A DNA stretch of 64,000 nucleotides. Source: Spirochaetota bacterium (lineage in GTDB: Bacteria; Spirochaetota; UBA4802; UBA5550). The notes below the pieces were generated by a model. It did not search any database, was not told the origin of the DNA, and worked only from the letters and a program-made list of their open reading frames with translations. A program made the translations under genes and the position numbers. Shown in pieces: positions 1 to 10,374 of the stretch; the stretch's first letter is position 1; each line of letters starts with the position of its first letter. The DNA is taken from positions 864,001 through 928,000 of the forward strand of contig OY760686.1 of the NCBI GenBank assembly GCA_963663865.1, written 5' to 3'.

Positions 1-139
1 TAGGTTCGACGATAATGCAGTAGCAATTATTGATAACAAAGGTGAACCAAGAGGGTCACGTATTTTTGGGCCTGTCGCAAGGGAACTAAGAGAAAAGAAT
101 TTTATGAAAATCTGTTCTTTAGCACCTGAAGTTATATAA
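1..139 (+). CDS. rplN: 50S ribosomal protein L14, 3' end (partial)
   Basis: Frame 2 reads [45 protein letters not shown], the conserved L14 C-terminus; lies just upstream of L24. Confidence 0.97.
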   Translation, partial: RFDDNAVAIIDNKGEPRGSRIFGPVARELREKNFMKICSLAPEVI

Positions 140-153
140 GATAGGTGATGTTG

Positions 154-474
154 ATGAAAACAAAAATTAAAGTAAATGATAATGTTATAGTGATCAGCGG
201 CGCTGATAGAGGGAAAAAGGGAAAAGTTCTCTTCATTGAGAGAGAAAAAAACCGGATAGTAGTAGAAGGAATAAATAAAAAACAAAAGGCAGTAAAACCT
301 TCTCAGCAAAGCCCTAAGGGCGGTTTTGTGACTCGAGAGTATCCAATAAATATTAGTAATGTACAATATTTTTGTGATAAATGTAAAAAAGGTGTAAGGC
401 TGCAGTCAATTAAGACAGAAAACAGCGAAAAAAGCCGCAAATGTACAAAATGTGGCAAGAGCTTTGATAAATAG
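154..474 (+). CDS. rplX: 50S ribosomal protein L24
   Basis: KOW motif [22 protein letters not shown]-x-PINISNV; spc operon position; ATG 154 preferred (AGGTG SD), track start 145. Confidence 0.97.
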   Translation: MKTKIKVNDNVIVISGADRGKKGKVLFIEREKNRIVVEGINKKQKAVKPSQQSPKGGFVTREYPINISNVQYFCDKCKKGVRLQSIKTENSEKSRKCTKCGKSFDK

Positions 475-485
475 GTAATGATAAA

Positions 486-1025
486 ATGACTGTAAGATTG
501 AGAGAAAACTATAACAATCTAAGAAGTAATCTTCAAGAGACATTCAATTACAAATCTTCAATGCAGATACCTAAGATTGAAAAAGTTGTATTAAATGTCG
601 GAATGGGAGATGCTCATTCAAATAGCAGTGGATTTGCTACTGTTATGGAAGAATTGGCGACAATAACTGGACAAAAGCCTGTTAAGACAGTTGCAAAGAA
701 GTCAATAGCGAATTTTAAAATTCGTGACGGTTATGATGTCGGTTGCAGAGTTACTTTACGTGGTAATGTTATGTATGAGTTCTTGGATAGGCTAATAAAT
801 ATTGCATTACCAAGAGTACGAGATTTTAAAGGCATATCGCCAAAATCTTTTGATAATTTTGGTAATTATAATTTCTCCGTTCATGAACAGATAATATTTC
901 CGGAAATAGACTTTGACAAAGTCGAAAAGATTCATGGAATTAATATTACTATAGTTACAACAGCTAAAACAAAAGATGAGGCCTTTGCTTTATTGAAAGG
1001 CTTGAATATGCCGTTCAGGGGTTAG
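486..1025 (+). CDS. rplE: 50S ribosomal protein L5
   Basis: [36 protein letters not shown]. Confidence 0.99.
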   Translation: MTVRLRENYNNLRSNLQETFNYKSSMQIPKIEKVVLNVGMGDAHSNSSGFATVMEELATITGQKPVKTVAKKSIANFKIRDGYDVGCRVTLRGNVMYEFLDRLINIALPRVRDFKGISPKSFDNFGNYNFSVHEQIIFPEIDFDKVEKIHGINITIVTTAKTKDEAFALLKGLNMPFRG

Positions 1026-1035
1026 GGGTAATATT

Positions 1036-1221
1036 GTGGCAAAAAAAAGTATGATAGCAAAACATTTGAGATCGGCAAAATTTAAAGTTCGAAGTCATAA
1101 CAGATGCAGTATTTGTGGACGTCCAAGAGGTTATTTGAGACGATTTGATATGTGTAGATTATGTTTCAGGAAACTTGCCTCTGAGGGCCAGATTCCTGGA
1201 GTAAAAAAATCCTCTTGGTGA
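1036..1221 (+). CDS. rpsN: 30S ribosomal protein S14 (short, zinc-binding type Z)
   Basis: 61 aa, CSICGRPRG...CRLCFR...IPGVKKSSW; GTG start. Confidence 0.98.
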   Translation: MAKKSMIAKHLRSAKFKVRSHNRCSICGRPRGYLRRFDMCRLCFRKLASEGQIPGVKKSSW

Positions 1222-1249
1222 TATAAAAAAATAATCGGAGCAGAGAAAG

Positions 1250-1654
1250 ATGAGTGGAGTAACAGATCCAATAGCAGATATGCTTACTAGACTGCGCAAT
1301 GCTTTAAAGGCAGGTCATCAAAAAGTAGATGTACCTTCTTCTAAAATAAAGGTGGCAATTACCAAAATTTTAAAAGATGAAGGATTTATAAAAAATTACA
1401 AACTGATTGATACACCCAATAAGCAAAAAATGCTGAGAATATATCTTAAGTATCAAGATAATAACCAATCCAGTATTGTTTCATTAGATAGGATTAGTAA
1501 ACCTGGTAGACGGAAATATGTCAAAGCAGAAGAGTTAAAACCGGTTTTCAATAATATAGGGATTTGGATATTATCTACATCCAAGGGTGTAATAACAAAT
1601 AAAGCTGCTAAAACAATGAATGTCGGCGGCGAAGTTCTTTGTGAAATATCATAA
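1250..1654 (+). CDS. rpsH: 30S ribosomal protein S8
   Basis: DPIADMLTRLRNA, ISKPGRRKY, STSKG, GGEVLC. Confidence 0.99.
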   Translation: MSGVTDPIADMLTRLRNALKAGHQKVDVPSSKIKVAITKILKDEGFIKNYKLIDTPNKQKMLRIYLKYQDNNQSSIVSLDRISKPGRRKYVKAEELKPVFNNIGIWILSTSKGVITNKAAKTMNVGGEVLCEIS

Positions 1655-1681
1655 AAAATGAATGAAATGAAGTGAGTTGAT

Positions 1682-2218
1682 ATGTCAAGAATAGGAAAAA
1701 AACCAATCGAAATACCCGGTGGTGTGACAGTAGATATTACTGGCAATTCAATAACAGTTACCGGAAAACTGGGGACGAATTCTCTCCAGATAATTGACGG
1801 AGTAAAAGTCGAAATAGATAATAATGCTGTCTGTGTGAAACCTGCAGTAGAAGAAAAGCAAAACATTGCATATCAAGGTTTATTTAGATCACTGATTTTT
1901 AATATGGTTTACGGAGTCTCTACAGGATTCGAAAAAGACCTGGAAATTATTGGTGTTGGATATCGTGCAACTCAGCAAGGAACAAATATTCAGTTTCAAC
2001 TTGGATATTCTCATACGATTATATTTGAGGCCCCCGAAGGGATTACGCTTCAGGTTGTTGATCCGACAAAAATAAAGATAACTGGAATTGATAAGCAGAA
2101 AGTTGGACAGGTATCCGCTAATATAAGAAAATTAAGACCTCCTGAACCTTACAAGGGGAAAGGGATTAGATATAAAGATGAAATTGTAAGGAAAAAAGCA
2201 GGAAAAACAGGTAAGTAG
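1682..2218 (+). CDS. rplF: 50S ribosomal protein L6
   Basis: MSRIGKKPI, GVGYRA, RPPEPYKGKGIRY. Confidence 0.99.
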   Translation: MSRIGKKPIEIPGGVTVDITGNSITVTGKLGTNSLQIIDGVKVEIDNNAVCVKPAVEEKQNIAYQGLFRSLIFNMVYGVSTGFEKDLEIIGVGYRATQQGTNIQFQLGYSHTIIFEAPEGITLQVVDPTKIKITGIDKQKVGQVSANIRKLRPPEPYKGKGIRYKDEIVRKKAGKTGK

Positions 2219-2221
2219 AAT

Positions 2222-2587
2222 ATGGATAATCTGAAATTAAAAAAGAAAAAAATGATGCGAAGGAAGTTTAGAATCCATAAAAAGATTTTGAACAATAAAG
2301 AGAGACTTAGACTTTGCATTTCAAAAAGCAACAAAAACTTTTATGCGCAGATTATAGACGATGAGAAGAGAATGACTTTAATTGGGTTATCGACTCTCTC
2401 ATCACAATGTGATAATATAAAAAGCAAATGTTCTGTCGACGGAGCAAAAGAGTTTGGAAAAATATTTGCTGAAGCAGCTGTAGCTAAAGGTTTAAAAAAA
2501 GTTGTTTTTGACAGAAACGGATATCTTTATCACGGAAAAATTAAAGCTTTTGCTGATTCAGCAAGAGAAAATGGTTTGGAATTTTAG
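2222..2587 (+). CDS. rplR: 50S ribosomal protein L18
   Basis: [35 protein letters not shown]. Confidence 0.98.
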   Translation: MDNLKLKKKKMMRRKFRIHKKILNNKERLRLCISKSNKNFYAQIIDDEKRMTLIGLSTLSSQCDNIKSKCSVDGAKEFGKIFAEAAVAKGLKKVVFDRNGYLYHGKIKAFADSARENGLEF

Positions 2588-2598
2588 GGGTCACGATA

Positions 2599-3111
2599 AT
2601 GAAAATACAGAAAAAAAGGGTTAGTTCTGAAGGTCTTGATTTGCAGGAGAAAATTGTAACCATTAATCGTGTTGCTAAAGTTGTAAAGGGTGGACGCAGG
2701 TTTTCTTTTAGTGCACTCGCTGTTATAGGTGATGGACATGGGCATGTCGGGGTTGGATTTGGTAAGGCCAATGAAGTTCCAGATGCAATTGATAAAAGCA
2801 AAGAAGATGCAAAAAAGAATGTTTTTAAGATAAGTACAAGGAAGACAACTATTCCTCATGAGGTTATAGGCAGATTTAAATCTGCAAATGTTATTATGAA
2901 ACCTGCCTCACCTGGTACTGGTATTATTGCAGGTCCATCGGTTAGGGCAGTGCTCGAACGAGTTGGAATATCGGATATTTTAACTAAAGCACAGGGCTCA
3001 AGAAATCCAATAAATCTAGTAAAGGCAACATTAGATGGATTAAAGCAATTGAGAAGTCTTGAAGAGGCCTCAAGAATTAGAGACATTTCAGTTTCAAAAT
3101 TATGGCAATAG
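2599..3111 (+). CDS. rpsE: 30S ribosomal protein S5
   Basis: [33 protein letters not shown]. Confidence 0.99.
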   Translation: MKIQKKRVSSEGLDLQEKIVTINRVAKVVKGGRRFSFSALAVIGDGHGHVGVGFGKANEVPDAIDKSKEDAKKNVFKISTRKTTIPHEVIGRFKSANVIMKPASPGTGIIAGPSVRAVLERVGISDILTKAQGSRNPINLVKATLDGLKQLRSLEEASRIRDISVSKLWQ

Positions 3112-3120
3112 GTTTGGAAA

Positions 3121-3303
3121 ATGGGAAAAAGAATTATAGTTCAACAAGTAAAAAGTACAATTTCTTCTAAGCCTTCTCAGAGATTAACGATGAGGGCTTT
3201 AGGTCTAAGGAAGATAAATTCTCAACGTGAATTTGAAGATACTAAGGTGCTAAGAGGCATGATAGCTAAAGTTTCACATATGGTCAAAGTTACTGAAATT
3301 TAG
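3121..3303 (+). CDS. rpmD: 50S ribosomal protein L30
   Basis: 60 aa, ALGLRKINS...GMIAKVSHMVKV; between S5 and L15. Confidence 0.96.
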   Translation: MGKRIIVQQVKSTISSKPSQRLTMRALGLRKINSQREFEDTKVLRGMIAKVSHMVKVTEI

Positions 3304-3322
3304 TAGTAGAGGTTCTATATAA

Positions 3323-3757
3323 ATGGATACATATAAATTAGTAAAACCTGCTGGAATGAAAGATCGGAAGAGAGTGGGCCGTGGAAACAGCAGCGGGACT
3401 GGAAAAACCAGTGGACGTGGGCAAAAAGGACAGGGAAGTAGATCTGGATTTTCAATGAGACCTGGTTTTGAGGGTGGACAAATGCCTCTCCAGCGCAGGG
3501 TTCCCAAAAGGGGTTTTAACAACATTTTCAAAACTAAATATTGTATTATAAATGTTGGTCAGATAGAGAAAATTGATGATCAGGATATAGATTTTGTAGT
3601 TTTGAAAAAAGCTGGACTTATAAAGAAAGCTGACAAGCCAATAAAAATATTGGGTAATGGTGAATTAACAAAGGCAAAAAATATTACTGCAAATATTTTT
3701 TCTAAGACTGCTGTGGAAAAAATTGAAAAAGCTGGTGGAAAGGTTATAAAAAACTAA
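3323..3757 (+). CDS. rplO: 50S ribosomal protein L15
   Basis: RVGRGNSSGTGKTSGRGQKGQ, FEGGQMPL, KIEKAGG. Confidence 0.99.
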   Translation: MDTYKLVKPAGMKDRKRVGRGNSSGTGKTSGRGQKGQGSRSGFSMRPGFEGGQMPLQRRVPKRGFNNIFKTKYCIINVGQIEKIDDQDIDFVVLKKAGLIKKADKPIKILGNGELTKAKNITANIFSKTAVEKIEKAGGKVIKN

Positions 3758-3801
3758 CTGGATCTGGTTTAATATAAAAGACGGCTAATGAAGGTTCTAT
3801 A

Positions 3802-5136
3802 ATGCTTAATGTTATAAAGAATATTTTTAAAATTTCAGAGCTTCGAAAACGAATTGTTTTTACACTATTTATACTTGTTGTTTATAGGATTGGTGCGCAT
3901 ATACCAATTCCTGGTATTAATATTGAAGCATTAAAGGAATACTTTGCTGGGGCACAGAGCTCAGGTTTTATGGATTTCTTTGACCTTTTTTCTGGAGGAG
4001 CATTAAAAAGATTTACGGTTTTTGCGTTAGGGATTATGCCCTATATTTCTGCTTCTATCATAATAGACCTTCTAAAGGTAGTATTCCCATATCTTGATGC
4101 GCTATCTAAGGAAGGACCTGAAGGAAGAAAAAAACTTAATTTGTATGTAAAATATGGTACTGTATTCCTTTGTGTTATTCAATCTTTTGCTCTAACTATG
4201 TGGTTGAAATCCATGAAAACCTCATCAGGTTCTGTTGTACCCACTGATTCCGGATTTTCATTTGTAATTGTATCTATTGTGGCTATAACGACAGGGACAA
4301 TGATTTTAATGTGGCTTGGTGAGATTATTACTGAGCGCGGAATTGGTAATGGTATATCATTGATTATTATGGCTGGTATCGTAGTACGAGCGCCTCAGGC
4401 TGTCGCTCAAACTATGAGGAAAATATCTGAAACTGGAGAGCCGATAGTTGGTATCCTCCTAATAGGTTTATTTCTTGTTGTTGTAGCAGCATCTATAATG
4501 CTCACACAGGGAGCTAGAAGAATACCAGTTCAGTATGGCAAAAAGGTATCTGGAAATGGTATGACTCAAAATGCTGCTCAATTTATACCACTAAAGGTTA
4601 ATGCGGCAGGAGTAATACCAATTATTTTTGCATCAGCGTTACTTATGTTTCCTTCTCAGTTGATTAGCATGATCGGATCGACAGATTCGCCTATAATAAA
4701 CAAATTGAGTTATCTCCTTTCTCCAGGACAGGTATTACATGTAGTTCTTTATGCGGGTCTTATTATCTTTTTCTGTTTCTTTTATACTGCAATAAAATTT
4801 AATCCTGTTGACATTGCAGACAACTTAAAAAAATATGGTGGTTTCATCCCTGGAATAAGGCCGGGTCAAAACACGACTGATTATTTAATGTCGGTGCTTA
4901 ATAGAATAACTTTATTTGGAGCTGTATTTCTCGCAGTAATAGCAATTATACCAGATTTTGTTATAACTCTATGGCCTGAGCAGGTTGCACCTGAGATGGC
5001 ATATATGTTCGGAGGAACTTCTCTTCTCATCATTGTAGGAGTTGCGTTAGATACATTAAAACAAATTGAGTCTCATCTACTCATGAGGCACTATGACGGA
5101 TTCATTAAGAACAAGAGAATTAAAGGAAGATATTAG
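3802..5136 (+). CDS. secY: preprotein translocase subunit SecY
   Basis: [37 protein letters not shown]; about 10 hydrophobic segments. Confidence 0.99.
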   Translation: MLNVIKNIFKISELRKRIVFTLFILVVYRIGAHIPIPGINIEALKEYFAGAQSSGFMDFFDLFSGGALKRFTVFALGIMPYISASIIIDLLKVVFPYLDALSKEGPEGRKKLNLYVKYGTVFLCVIQSFALTMWLKSMKTSSGSVVPTDSGFSFVIVSIVAITTGTMILMWLGEIITERGIGNGISLIIMAGIVVRAPQAVAQTMRKISETGEPIVGILLIGLFLVVVAASIMLTQGARRIPVQYGKKVSGNGMTQNAAQFIPLKVNAAGVIPIIFASALLMFPSQLISMIGSTDSPIINKLSYLLSPGQVLHVVLYAGLIIFFCFFYTAIKFNPVDIADNLKKYGGFIPGIRPGQNTTDYLMSVLNRITLFGAVFLAVIAIIPDFVITLWPEQVAPEMAYMFGGTSLLIIVGVALDTLKQIESHLLMRHYDGFIKNKRIKGRY

Positions 5137-5153
5137 AAAGAGATTATAATACT

Positions 5154-5372
5154 ATGGCGAAAGAAGATCCAATTGAAGTAGAGGGAGTTGTAATAGAGCC
5201 TTTACCAAATGCTATGTTTCGTGTAAAGCTTGACAATGGACATACCGTTCTGGCTCATATATCGGGTAAAATGAGGATGCACTACATTCGTATTTTATCT
5301 GGTGACAGGGTCACGGTAGAGCTTTCTCCGTATGATTTGAAAAGAGGAAGAATAACATATAGATCAAAGTGA
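5154..5372 (+). CDS. infA: translation initiation factor IF-1
   Basis: MAKED..., [29 protein letters not shown]. Confidence 0.99.
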   Translation: MAKEDPIEVEGVVIEPLPNAMFRVKLDNGHTVLAHISGKMRMHYIRILSGDRVTVELSPYDLKRGRITYRSK

Positions 5373-5418
5373 TAAACTGATTATATATGTTTATTTGTTA
5401 ATGTAAGAGGGAAATTAA

Positions 5419-5553
5419 ATGAAGGTCAGAGTATCGGTAAAAAAAATGTGTAATGATTGCAAAGTAATTAAACGGCATGGTGTCCTCAGGGTTATTTGTA
5501 CTGATCCAAGGCACAAACAACGACAAAAGATACGAACAATAAAAAAACATTAG
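5419..5553 (+). CDS. rpmJ: 50S ribosomal protein L36 (44 aa, C-terminally extended); absent from ORF track
   Basis: Hand translation [44 protein letters not shown]; GAGGG SD; C-x2-C...C...H zinc ligands; infA-rpmJ-rpsM position. Confidence 0.97.
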   Translation: MKVRVSVKKMCNDCKVIKRHGVLRVICTDPRHKQRQKIRTIKKH

Positions 5554-5571
5554 AATAATTTAAGAGGACTT

Positions 5572-5946
5572 ATGGCAAGGATTTCAGGTGTTGACTTACC
5601 TAACAATAAGAAAGTAGTATTTGCTCTTACTTATATTTATGGAATAGGTCTTACTACTGCAAAGAAGATAGTTTTTGATTCAGGTGTTGATTCTGAAAGA
5701 AGAGTAAAGGATCTTACTGAGGAAGAGATAAATAATATTAGAAAAGCAATAGATACTTCATATAAAGTCGAAGGTGATCTTAGAACTGAACAGGCAATGA
5801 ATATTAAGAGATTAATGGATATTGGCTGCTACAGAGGTATGAGGCATAGAAGAGGTTTACCTGTAAGGGGTCAAAATACTAAAAATAATGCAAGAACAAG
5901 AAAAAACAATAGAAGACATTCAGCGGTTGCCAGAAAGGGTAGGTAA
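5572..5946 (+). CDS. rpsM: 30S ribosomal protein S13
   Basis: [41 protein letters not shown]. Confidence 0.99.
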   Translation: MARISGVDLPNNKKVVFALTYIYGIGLTTAKKIVFDSGVDSERRVKDLTEEEINNIRKAIDTSYKVEGDLRTEQAMNIKRLMDIGCYRGMRHRRGLPVRGQNTKNNARTRKNNRRHSAVARKGR

Positions 5947-5956
5947 GGAGTAAACT

Positions 5957-6343
5957 GTGAAACAGAAAAAGACAAAAAAACGTGAAAAAAAGAATATTCC
6001 AGTAGGAAAAGCTTTTATTAGAGCGACATATAACAATACAATCATCTCTCTGACTGATATGCAGGGGAATGTGGTATCATGGTCGACAGCCGGTGGTGAA
6101 GGTTTCAAAGGATCACGAAAGTCAACTCCATTTGCAGCTCAAATGGCTGCAAAGACTGCAGCTCAAAAAGCTATGGATGTTGCAGGATTAAAAACGGTAG
6201 AGGTTTTTGTCAAGGGACCTGGAATTGGCCGTGAGGCTGCAATAAGATCACTGTTTCAATCCGGATTGAATGTAACAAAGATTAAAGATATTACTCCTGT
6301 GCCACATAATGGTTGCAGACCAAAAAAACGTAGAAGAGTTTAA
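5957..6343 (+). CDS. rpsK: 30S ribosomal protein S11
   Basis: [37 protein letters not shown]. Confidence 0.99.
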   Translation: MKQKKTKKREKKNIPVGKAFIRATYNNTIISLTDMQGNVVSWSTAGGEGFKGSRKSTPFAAQMAAKTAAQKAMDVAGLKTVEVFVKGPGIGREAAIRSLFQSGLNVTKIKDITPVPHNGCRPKKRRRV

Positions 6344-6358
6344 TGGAGTTATAGAGAA

Positions 6359-6991
6359 ATGGCTAAATATACAGGACCAGCATGTAAATTATGCAGAAGA
6401 GAAATGCAGCCTTTGATGCTCAAAGGGCAAAGATGTTTAACAGAAAAATGCCCATTAAAGGGTAATAAGAAATTTCCTCCAGGACCACCAAGAAAAAGAC
6501 GATCAAAAATGTCTGATTATGCTGTTCAGCTTCGTGAAAAGCAGAAGATTAAGAGATCATATGGAATGCTTGAAAAACAGTTTAGAATCCTTTTTGAAAG
6601 GGCAGTTCGAATGAAGGGAGTTACGGGTGGAAACCTTTTGTCTCTTTTAGAGAGAAGGCTTGACAATGTTGTTTACAGAATGGGATTTGCTTCTTCCAGG
6701 AAGCAGGCTAGACAAATAGTTAGTCATAATCACATAAAAGTAGATGGAATTGTAGTTAATATTTCATCATTCTCAGTGAAAGAAAATTCTGTTGTTGAGA
6801 TAGTTGATTCATATAAAGAAAATGCTATCCTTGATGATGCGGTTAAACTTGCAAAAGCAGTTGGATCAATACCTGAATGGGTAGATGTTGATCATGAGAA
6901 GAAATCTGGAAAAATTATGAGATTACCCGTCCGTTCGGATATAATTGCTGATTTTAATGAACAGCAAGTTGTTGAATTATATTCAAAGTAA
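6359..6991 (+). CDS. rpsD: 30S ribosomal protein S4
   Basis: GPACKLCRRE, QLREKQK, LERRLDNVVYRMGFA, VVELYSK. Confidence 0.99.
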   Translation: MAKYTGPACKLCRREMQPLMLKGQRCLTEKCPLKGNKKFPPGPPRKRRSKMSDYAVQLREKQKIKRSYGMLEKQFRILFERAVRMKGVTGGNLLSLLERRLDNVVYRMGFASSRKQARQIVSHNHIKVDGIVVNISSFSVKENSVVEIVDSYKENAILDDAVKLAKAVGSIPEWVDVDHEKKSGKIMRLPVRSDIIADFNEQQVVELYSK

Positions 6992-7072
6992 GGTCATAGT
7001 GTGACTTGGTTTTTTTGCTAAGTAACCTTTGACTGTTTTAATTGTTTTTTTAATTTTCGAATGGAGGTAAAA

Positions 7073-8038
7073 ATGGCCCCAAAAAATCTTTTAAAGGGCT
7101 TTAAAAGACCTAGTAAAATAACCTTCGAACATGATCAGGTTACACCTAATTATGGACGATTCATAGCAGAGCCCTTTGAAAAAGGTTATGGTCTGACTAT
7201 AGGAAATTCATTGCGAAGAGTTTTACTCTCGTCAATAGAAGGAAGCGCAATTACAGCATTTAAGATAGAAGGAGTTCCGCATGAATTTCAAGCTATTAAG
7301 GGTGTTTATGAAGATGTAACCAGGGTAGTACTAAATCTAAAGAAATTATGTTTTAAATACGATGGTGAATTACAAAAAGTAATACATATACAAAAAAAAG
7401 GATCAGGTCAATTAACTGGGGCAGATTTTGATGTAGACCCCGAAATCAAGGTCATGAACCCTGAGTTGATAATAGCAAATCTCAGTGACGAAGCTGATAT
7501 AGATATGGAAGTTCAGATCGAAAAAGGCAGAGGGTACGTTCCAGCTGAGATTAATAAGAGTGACAATGAGACTGTTGGAGTCATTGCAATTGATTCTATA
7601 TTTTCGCCAATTAAAAAAATAAATGTAAAAGTTGAAGATACACGAGTAGGACAAAGAACTGACTATGATAAATTAATCATGGAAATATGGACAGATGGGT
7701 CTATTACTCCTGATGATGCTCTTGCTCAAGCAGCAAAAATTATTAAAGATCATATGACAATCTTTATTAATTTTGAGGAAGTAGAAGAAGAGGAAGAAGA
7801 GGTTGTTGATGAGAATTTAGAAAAACAACGCGTCCTTCTCGCAAAATCTATTGATGAAATTGAATTTTCAGTACGGGCTTATAATACACTTAAGTCAATA
7901 GATGTATCCTCGCTAGATAATCTGGTTCGTAAAACAGAAGATGAATTAAAGAAATCTAAACACTACAGCGAAGTTGTTAATAAAGAGATTAAGTCAAAAT
8001 TAGAAAATCTTCATCTTAGCATGGGACTTAAGGAATAA
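7073..8038 (+). CDS. rpoA: RNA polymerase subunit alpha
   Basis: EPFEKGYGLTIGNSLRRVLLSS, GRGYVPA, RVGQRTDYDKL; ATG 7073 follows GGAGG SD (track start 7061). Confidence 0.99.
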   Translation: MAPKNLLKGFKRPSKITFEHDQVTPNYGRFIAEPFEKGYGLTIGNSLRRVLLSSIEGSAITAFKIEGVPHEFQAIKGVYEDVTRVVLNLKKLCFKYDGELQKVIHIQKKGSGQLTGADFDVDPEIKVMNPELIIANLSDEADIDMEVQIEKGRGYVPAEINKSDNETVGVIAIDSIFSPIKKINVKVEDTRVGQRTDYDKLIMEIWTDGSITPDDALAQAAKIIKDHMTIFINFEEVEEEEEEVVDENLEKQRVLLAKSIDEIEFSVRAYNTLKSIDVSSLDNLVRKTEDELKKSKHYSEVVNKEIKSKLENLHLSMGLKE

Positions 8039-8049
8039 TGGAGTAGAAA

Positions 8050-8472
8050 ATGAGAAATCTTAATAATGTTAAGCAATTAGGAAAAACAAACTCGCATAGA
8101 AAGAGTATGTTTGGGAATATGATAACATCGCTTTTCGATCATGAAAGAATTGTTACAACAAAGGAAAAGGGGAAAGAGTTAAAGAGATTATCTGAAAAGA
8201 TGATTACAAGGGCAAAAAGAAATATAGACCTTTCCGAACAAGAACTCGAAAAGAAGTTGCACAATAAAAGAGAAGTCATGAAGTTAATAAAAAACAGAGA
8301 TGTAGTATCAAAACTTTTTGATGATATAGCCATCAGGTTTAAAGAAAGAAATGGTGGATATACACGAATGTATTTGTTAGGGAAAAGAAAAGGTGATGCT
8401 GCAGAAATGGCTATAGTTGAACTTGTTGATAGAAGTAAAAAAAGTAACAATAAAATAGATAATAAAAAATAA
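8050..8472 (+). CDS. rplQ: 50S ribosomal protein L17
   Basis: HERIVTT, RNGGYTR, RKGDAAEMAIVELV. Confidence 0.98.
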   Translation: MRNLNNVKQLGKTNSHRKSMFGNMITSLFDHERIVTTKEKGKELKRLSEKMITRAKRNIDLSEQELEKKLHNKREVMKLIKNRDVVSKLFDDIAIRFKERNGGYTRMYLLGKRKGDAAEMAIVELVDRSKKSNNKIDNKK

Positions 8473-8498
8473 AGCGGGTTTCCGCTTTATTTTTTATT
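8461..8498. terminator. bidirectional intrinsic terminator between convergent genes
   Basis: Perfect 17-bp inverted repeat aataaaaaataaagcgg-gttt-ccgctttattttttatt with U-rich tails on both strands. Confidence 0.85.
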
Positions 8499-9347
8499 GA
8501 GATGTTTGATCTCTATTGAGTAAATAAGGTTTTCATTGTCTATTGCATCTACTTTATAATCATCAGGAATTCTGTCATCAAAAATTGTTCTCATCTTTTT
8601 TCCAAGAATATTATGTTTTTTTTGAATCTCACCTAGATCGTTAATGTTCCTAATCTTGTAAATTTCAATACCGTATTGTTTACCTTCCCTGCACATATCA
8701 ATTATATTCATATAGTTATTAATTACTGAATTCATATCTACAGATGTCATTTTTTTCTTCTTTTTAAGTAAATCTATATCGGGATTGTTGAATTTCCTGA
8801 GTGCCAATTGATAACTTTTATATCCCTGTTGCAGATATGCTTCTATTTTTTCTCTATCATAGAAAAAATGAAAATCTTTTGATGAATATTGATCATTATA
8901 TGGTTTAATATCTTCAAGGGGGTTAAAAGGACGATTGAAATATTGGGCGAAAGAACTGTATTTGTTAAAATCAATAATTATATCGAAAGTTTCTTTTGTC
9001 GTAGAATCAAGAATTAATTTTGTTCGTTCTAGATAGTTTTTAGCTACTATTTCGGTAAAAATTATTAACTCTTTCTTAAGGTTCATAAACTTTATAACCG
9101 CGTCTGAATATGATAATCCATAATAATTAATTCCAGCTTGATTGAATAAATCTTTGATTTTTTCAAAATTGGTTTTATTAATTTCAGATGGATAATTTGA
9201 TACTATATTGCTAAGTTTTCTGATAACATTCATCGTGTAATAATAATCATCAGTCGCTTTAACTGATGAAGAAACAGCTTTTGTTTCAATAGGTGTAAGA
9301 AATGTTAAAACAAGAGATAGCATTACTAGTGTAGACTTTATTGACAT
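8487..9347 (-). CDS. exported hypothetical protein, resembles Leptospira LIC11274-family proteins
   Basis: Signal peptide MSIKSTLVMLSLVLTFL..TKA, GAGGA SD before ATG 9347; motifs YLERTKLIL, MCREGK, FDDRIPDDYKVDAID recalled from a Leptospira family (unverified). Confidence 0.65.
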   Translation of the reverse strand: MSIKSTLVMLSLVLTFLTPIETKAVSSSVKATDDYYYTMNVIRKLSNIVSNYPSEINKTNFEKIKDLFNQAGINYYGLSYSDAVIKFMNLKKELIIFTEIVAKNYLERTKLILDSTTKETFDIIIDFNKYSSFAQYFNRPFNPLEDIKPYNDQYSSKDFHFFYDREKIEAYLQQGYKSYQLALRKFNNPDIDLLKKKKKMTSVDMNSVINNYMNIIDMCREGKQYGIEIYKIRNINDLGEIQKKHNILGKKMRTIFDDRIPDDYKVDAIDNENLIYSIEIKHLNKK

Positions 9348-9504
9348 ATTGATCCTCTTTGTTACTAAGATAGCGAGTGATTTGATATAACAACTCATCT
9401 TTATTGTCGGTATATAATAAGAAAAACTATATTTTGTGTTGATTAATACATCATATCGTTGTGATAAATTATTTTAGTTTAGTATTTGAAAAAGGAGAGA
9501 AAAT

Positions 9505-10374
9505 ATGAATTCTGTTCGCAAAATATCATTTAGACAAAAAAATTCAATAAAATGTCCAATTTGTTCAAATGAATTCTATAGAGAAGAGTTGTTTTCAGGC
9601 GGTGGGCGACTGATTGCTGGTGCGTTAACTGACGAATTAAGAAGACAATATGAAAATAATAAAAAATATGGCATTATTTACCCATTAGCTTATACATTAA
9701 CTGTTTGCAACAGGTGCTTGTATTCAGCTTTTCAAAAAGATTTCCTTGAAATTAATGATGAAGAAATCCAGAATATTCGAAACGGATCCAACAGTAGAGT
9801 TAGTGCTATTGAAAAGTATTTTGGAGAAATAGATTTCAATCAGGATAGAAACCTTTTATTGGGAGCTGCATCATATATGCTCGCTGTAGACTGTTACTCA
9901 AAGAGGAATAAAAAAATTGCACCTACATTTAAATCAGCGATTTCATCAATTCGAGCGGCATGGTTGTTTGATGATTTAGGTAAATTATATCCAGAAAAAA
10001 GTTTTAAAAAAATGTCATTATTTTTTTATAAAAAAGCGTATGTTTTATATTTAAAAGTAATTGAAAACTTTCAAAGCGGAGATGAACCGATTGAGAGCGT
10101 ACAGAATATGGGACCGGATACAGATAAAAATTGGGGTTATGAAGGGGTATTGTATATGTCTGCTGTTTTGACACTGAAGGTTGGTTCAAAAGAGCAAGAT
10201 ATGGGTATAAGATTAAATAATTTCAATGCCTGCAAAAGATATTTAAGCAGAATCTTTGGTCTGGGCAAGAGTTCAAAATCAAAACCTAGTGAAATATTAG
10301 ATAAAACAAGAAATCTTTACGATAAAATAAATCAATTAATAGAACAATGGGAAAAGGAAGCCAATATCAATTGA
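9505..10374 (+). CDS. DUF2225 family protein (Zn-ribbon plus helical repeats)
   Basis: CPIC...GGGRLIAG..LTDELRR...VCNRC, IRAAWL, GPDTDKNWG; AGGAG SD. Confidence 0.85.
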   Translation: MNSVRKISFRQKNSIKCPICSNEFYREELFSGGGRLIAGALTDELRRQYENNKKYGIIYPLAYTLTVCNRCLYSAFQKDFLEINDEEIQNIRNGSNSRVSAIEKYFGEIDFNQDRNLLLGAASYMLAVDCYSKRNKKIAPTFKSAISSIRAAWLFDDLGKLYPEKSFKKMSLFFYKKAYVLYLKVIENFQSGDEPIESVQNMGPDTDKNWGYEGVLYMSAVLTLKVGSKEQDMGIRLNNFNACKRYLSRIFGLGKSSKSKPSEILDKTRNLYDKINQLIEQWEKEANIN

